From contig CAVNZM010000004.1 of the NCBI GenBank assembly GCA_963693365.1, forward strand, positions 13,535,928-13,599,927: a stretch of DNA of 64,000 nt, given 5' to 3'. The notes beneath the pieces are model-generated. The model was not told the DNA's origin and did no database searches. It worked only from the letters and a program-made list of their open reading frames with translations. Shown here in pieces: positions 60,570 to 64,000 of this stretch. How positions within the stretch are numbered: position 1 is the first letter of the stretch; each line of letters starts with the position of its first letter. A program made the position numbers and the translations under genes. Origin of the DNA: Amoebidium appalachense. Taxonomy: Eukaryota > Protista > Ichthyosporea.

Positions 60570-61080
60570 TTCTCTCTCTTCCTTTCTCATAAGAGCATGC
60601 AGACAATTAATAATCCCATGGTCAGTGGGAGGAATGAAAGTGTGCTCTTGGACCAGCAATGCATGTGTAGAAGTATAATGGCCAGCGGTTGATGGGTTTT
60701 TTTTGGTGTGCAGGTGGGGCTACTGCGAAAAACTCAGCAAGGAGATGGGGTTCTATGTGGACCCGGCCATGGAAATTGGGCGGCTGACCAGTGAGCTGAT
60801 GCGGGCCTGCCGGCTGGTGGTGGACACAAGGCTGCACGTGTACCGCTGGTCGTTTGAGGAGGCCGTGGGCTACTACAAAGACCATTTGGCCCTGAGTGAC
60901 CAGGAGATCACAAATGAGATCAAAAGATATTGCATCAATCCGGGCCAGGCATGCAGCTACAAGATCGGGGAGAGGAAGATCTTGGAGCTGAGGAGGCGGG
61001 CAGAGGGTGTGCTTGGGGCCAGGTGTGACATCAAAGAGTTCCATGCTAACAACTATTGATGATTGGCTGGCACAGAAGTG
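56754..61080 (+). pseudogene. DUF885-family protein pseudogene with introns
   Basis: Approximate exons 56754-57114, 57629-57813, 58648-58795, 59362-59548, 60000-60226, 60714-61080. DUF885 motifs: SPLMASMLGD, DYVARLRAFP, FVETEYLPHCR...GAEAYRLALKFWTSTDISPEEVHEMG, EMGFY...GRLTSELMRACRLVVDT...EIKRYCINPGQACSYKIG...LRRRAE...IKEFH. There are several frameshifts outside homopolymers, and the central HExxPGHH segment is not found. Confidence 0.82.
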
Positions 61081-61832
61081 AGCATGGGCATGCACGTGCA
61101 CACACATGTACAGGCACAAGAACACCCAGCCCATGCATGTGCACGCACTTAAGCGCATAGATGCGGGCGTGTAGGGGGCACTCACGCAAAATGAGTGGTG
61201 GATATGGTCTACCTCTGTGAATTATGCCTCCTCTTGGCATTTTTATGTATTTTTAACAATCTTGAACTCTATGGAAAAGGACACCAGGGTGTCTGTTTAT
61301 ATCTTAGAAGGGTCATGCTTTAATATGGGCACAAAGCTTGGTTTGCCGTGCATCTACATGCATATGGCTAGTGGGAAAGGGGTTTTATGTAGTCGTTAAC
61401 ACGGCAGTACACAGGCCTAGGGTACGGCAGGGTCTGGAGAATGTCCAAACACACCCTCTTATTATAATTAGTCAATCATGGGGCTCATTGCCTAGTCAGG
61501 CTTGTTTTAACTGTCGTATTACCTAAATCTGGACGTCTCCCCCCCCCCCCCCCCCCCCCCTCCCCTCCCTCGCCCGCTTCACGCCCCTCCCTGCCTCTTC
61601 CACTTCGGAGTTACCCCTTTCCCATTGCTATCCCTCCCCCCCCTCCCCCTTCCCCCCCCCCCCCCCCCCCCAATTGCTTCTTCATACTACACACAAAGTA
61701 AATTGCAGTCACACACACACACACACACACACAGGTCCCCCCCTTTATAGGCACACTCACAACTAGAAGGGAGATAAATAGAGGAGGAGATACCGGAGAG
61801 CGAGTACCGTGTCACCTCCCGGAAAACTTGTC

Positions 61833-61881
<49 letters not shown>

Positions 61882-63041
61882 CCCTCCCCCCCCCCCCCCT
61901 CCCCCCCCTGGGGGGCCAGTTCGCCGTCTCTTCCCTCATCTCCCCTCGCTTGTGTCTCCCCAAAGTGCTCTTCCGTGATTACTCTCTGAGACTCCCTCCC
62001 CGTGTCTTTAGAGATATCTCATATGATCAATCAACTTGTATATCTATTTATGTGCCTCCCCGTGGGCGATTCCTCTCTCCCCCCCCCCCCCCCCCCCCCC
62101 CCTACCCCTACCACAGCCCCCGTGACCCATCCTCTCTCCCTCTCTATCTCTCTCCTTCTAGATCTCTCTCTCCCTCATGCATGCACACACGCTGCCTCTT
62201 TCCCTCTCTTCCCCGTCATCCTCCCCCCCCCCCCCCTCCCCCCCCCCCTCCCCCCTTCCCCTCCCCCCACCCCACACCTTCCCTCTTCTCTCGTATTTTC
62301 CCTCCTCAGCCCTCCGACGAACAACAATCCACTTTATTCTCACAGTTACAGGTGATGTCGTAAATTTTCAAAATTCATTTCATGCTAGTTTATTCAGCGG
62401 CCGTGGGTGAAAGAGGCAGGCAGCGGCCAAAATACACAATGACTGTCGTATTGTTAAAATACACACCATATCTCCATCCACCGGCATCATCAACAACAGA
62501 GCTAACCTTAACAGCCACCAAAACACAGCCGGGCCCAGAGTGGCTAGATCATCGATTTTTTTGAGGAGGGCTAACAACTGCCCGTGGTATATGTCTGCAC
62601 ATGCATTGTCGGTAGTTTACACAACAAACTGGTTTTTGCACATGCTACGCTGCTAGGATTTACCACAGAATTGGAGACAACGGGGCGGGGTGAATAAAAT
62701 GAGTGAAGTTGCAACCATTGCTTGGGTGTTTTCAGATGACAAATCTACAGGGTATTGATATAAATCTACAGGGTATTGATACATATATAAGACGTGTACA
62801 GGGTTCGTCTCCTATCATACTATCTGTTGCTGCTAGTTACGTTGTGAAAAAATGACCTTGACTGCCCATTAAACATATGCCGCAGATAAACGTGGGCACA
62901 AGTAATAACATAGCCATCATACAGGAAAGGGAGTGGGGTTGCACATACAATCAGGTGTTATCAAACCAATACTCATTCATCAAAAGCACAAAAAAGGTTG
63001 GGGGGCGGTTTTCATCAAAAGCACAAAAAAGATGGGGCAAC

Positions 63042-63075
<34 letters not shown>

Positions 63076-63123
63076 CAGGCGCAAACTGCGGCAGGGGCAG
63101 GGGGGGGGGGGGGGGGGGGGGGC

Positions 63124-63693
63124 TCAGAGAGGTTCGAGGGACATCAGGGGAGACAGAGGCTGGGGGAGGCTGTTCTTGGACCCGGACTGATTATCCTCGT
63201 ATTGCCCATAGCCATTTAGGTTGCCCGGCGCAGACATCGACTCAAGCTTGAAATTCTGCAATCCGGTACCTAAGGGTTTAAACCCCCCTTGGTTATTTTC
63301 ATACAGGTGCATGTTGCCAAAGACATCAGTGCACGATAGCGAATTTAGACCTCCGGGGGGGTTGTTTGATGTAGAAAAAACCGGCTGGCTGAGCATGCTG
63401 TCGAATGCAGACTCCGAACTCTCAATCTGTACATCCGACTCTTCCGACATGGATAGCATAAGGCTGGCCATAATGCTTTGAATTGATTGGCTATTGTCGT
63501 CCAATGAAAATCCTGCACTGTCCAAAAGGAGTGAATTGGCCGGCTCCAGCCCAAGCTGACCCATGTTTCCTTCCTCGTGTGTTTCAAATGCCGGGGTTTG
63601 TGAATTGTTGAAGGTCGGGGTTGAAAAGGTCGAGGTAGAAGTCATCCAGCTTTGCATGTTTGCTAGCTGGGGGGTGGCATCGTGGTCTATGGC
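63124..63693 (-). CDS. Terminal exon of an unknown gene extending past the window (Ser/Thr/acidic low-complexity tail)
   Basis: Acceptor cccaacag at 63694-63701 followed by an open frame to TGA at 63124; no domain recognised. Confidence 0.55.
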   Translation of the reverse strand, partial: AIDHDATPQLANMQSWMTSTSTFSTPTFNNSQTPAFETHEEGNMGQLGLEPANSLLLDSAGFSLDDNSQSIQSIMASLMLSMSEESDVQIESSESAFDSMLSQPVFSTSNNPPGGLNSLSCTDVFGNMHLYENNQGGFKPLGTGLQNFKLESMSAPGNLNGYGQYEDNQSGSKNSLPQPLSPLMSLEPL

Positions 63694-64000
63694 CTGTTGG
63701 GGGGGAGCGGGTGGAGGGGGGGTCGATGGGTGAAATTGCGAAGAGAGGGGGGGGGGGGGGGGTAGAAGGGGGATGTGGGTTGGAGAAAATGGGAGTAGGT
63801 AGGTGCATGAGAAGGGAATGTGGTTGATGGAAACAGTGATTCGAGGAGGAACTGATTAGGAAAGAAGAACGGGGGGTAGGGTTGGAAAGTTGTGAGGTCA
63901 GCGGTGTTAGAGATACATCGGTACGTGTTTAGGGGCCTGGAATGTGCCCCGGGGGGTGGGGAGGATGGAGTGGATGGGTGTACAGGTAGAGGAGGGGTTT

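Overview
Eukaryotic genomic DNA with GT-AG introns full of (CA)n/(TG)n and poly-C/G tracts. The architecture resembles a unicellular opisthokont such as an ichthyosporean, but that is inference only. The window has two parts. (1) Bases 1 to about 29 kb are an accessory block, best read as one giant Plavaka-type DNA transposon whose left end lies outside the window. It contains a 9-exon Plavaka DDE transposase and a 7-exon KDM4-like JmjN/JmjC histone demethylase that keeps all metal and Zn ligands, lacks reader domains and has an unrecognised N-terminal domain. It also carries several intronless orphan or virus-like genes: a 626-aa protein, a TM+CxxC-repeat protein, an 86-aa protein, a coiled-coil protein and a double zinc-finger DUF5763-like protein. 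Many private minisatellites (47-374 bp units) lie among these genes. A young non-autonomous 2.7-kb LTR retroelement (606-bp TG...CA LTRs, CTGCG target duplication, decayed gag) splits one cargo gene and has an unusual primer-binding site. (2) Bases from about 29.7 to 64 kb are ordinary host genes: an acid sphingomyelinase-like phosphodiesterase, NSE3/MAGE, a bZIP factor, a PAP2 membrane phosphatase, an intron-containing DUF885 pseudogene and the last exon of an unknown gene. This part also has a dispersed ~300-bp repeat whose copies all end in poly-C. Gene models were built by eye, and several frameshifts fall in homopolymer runs, so they may be assembly errors.
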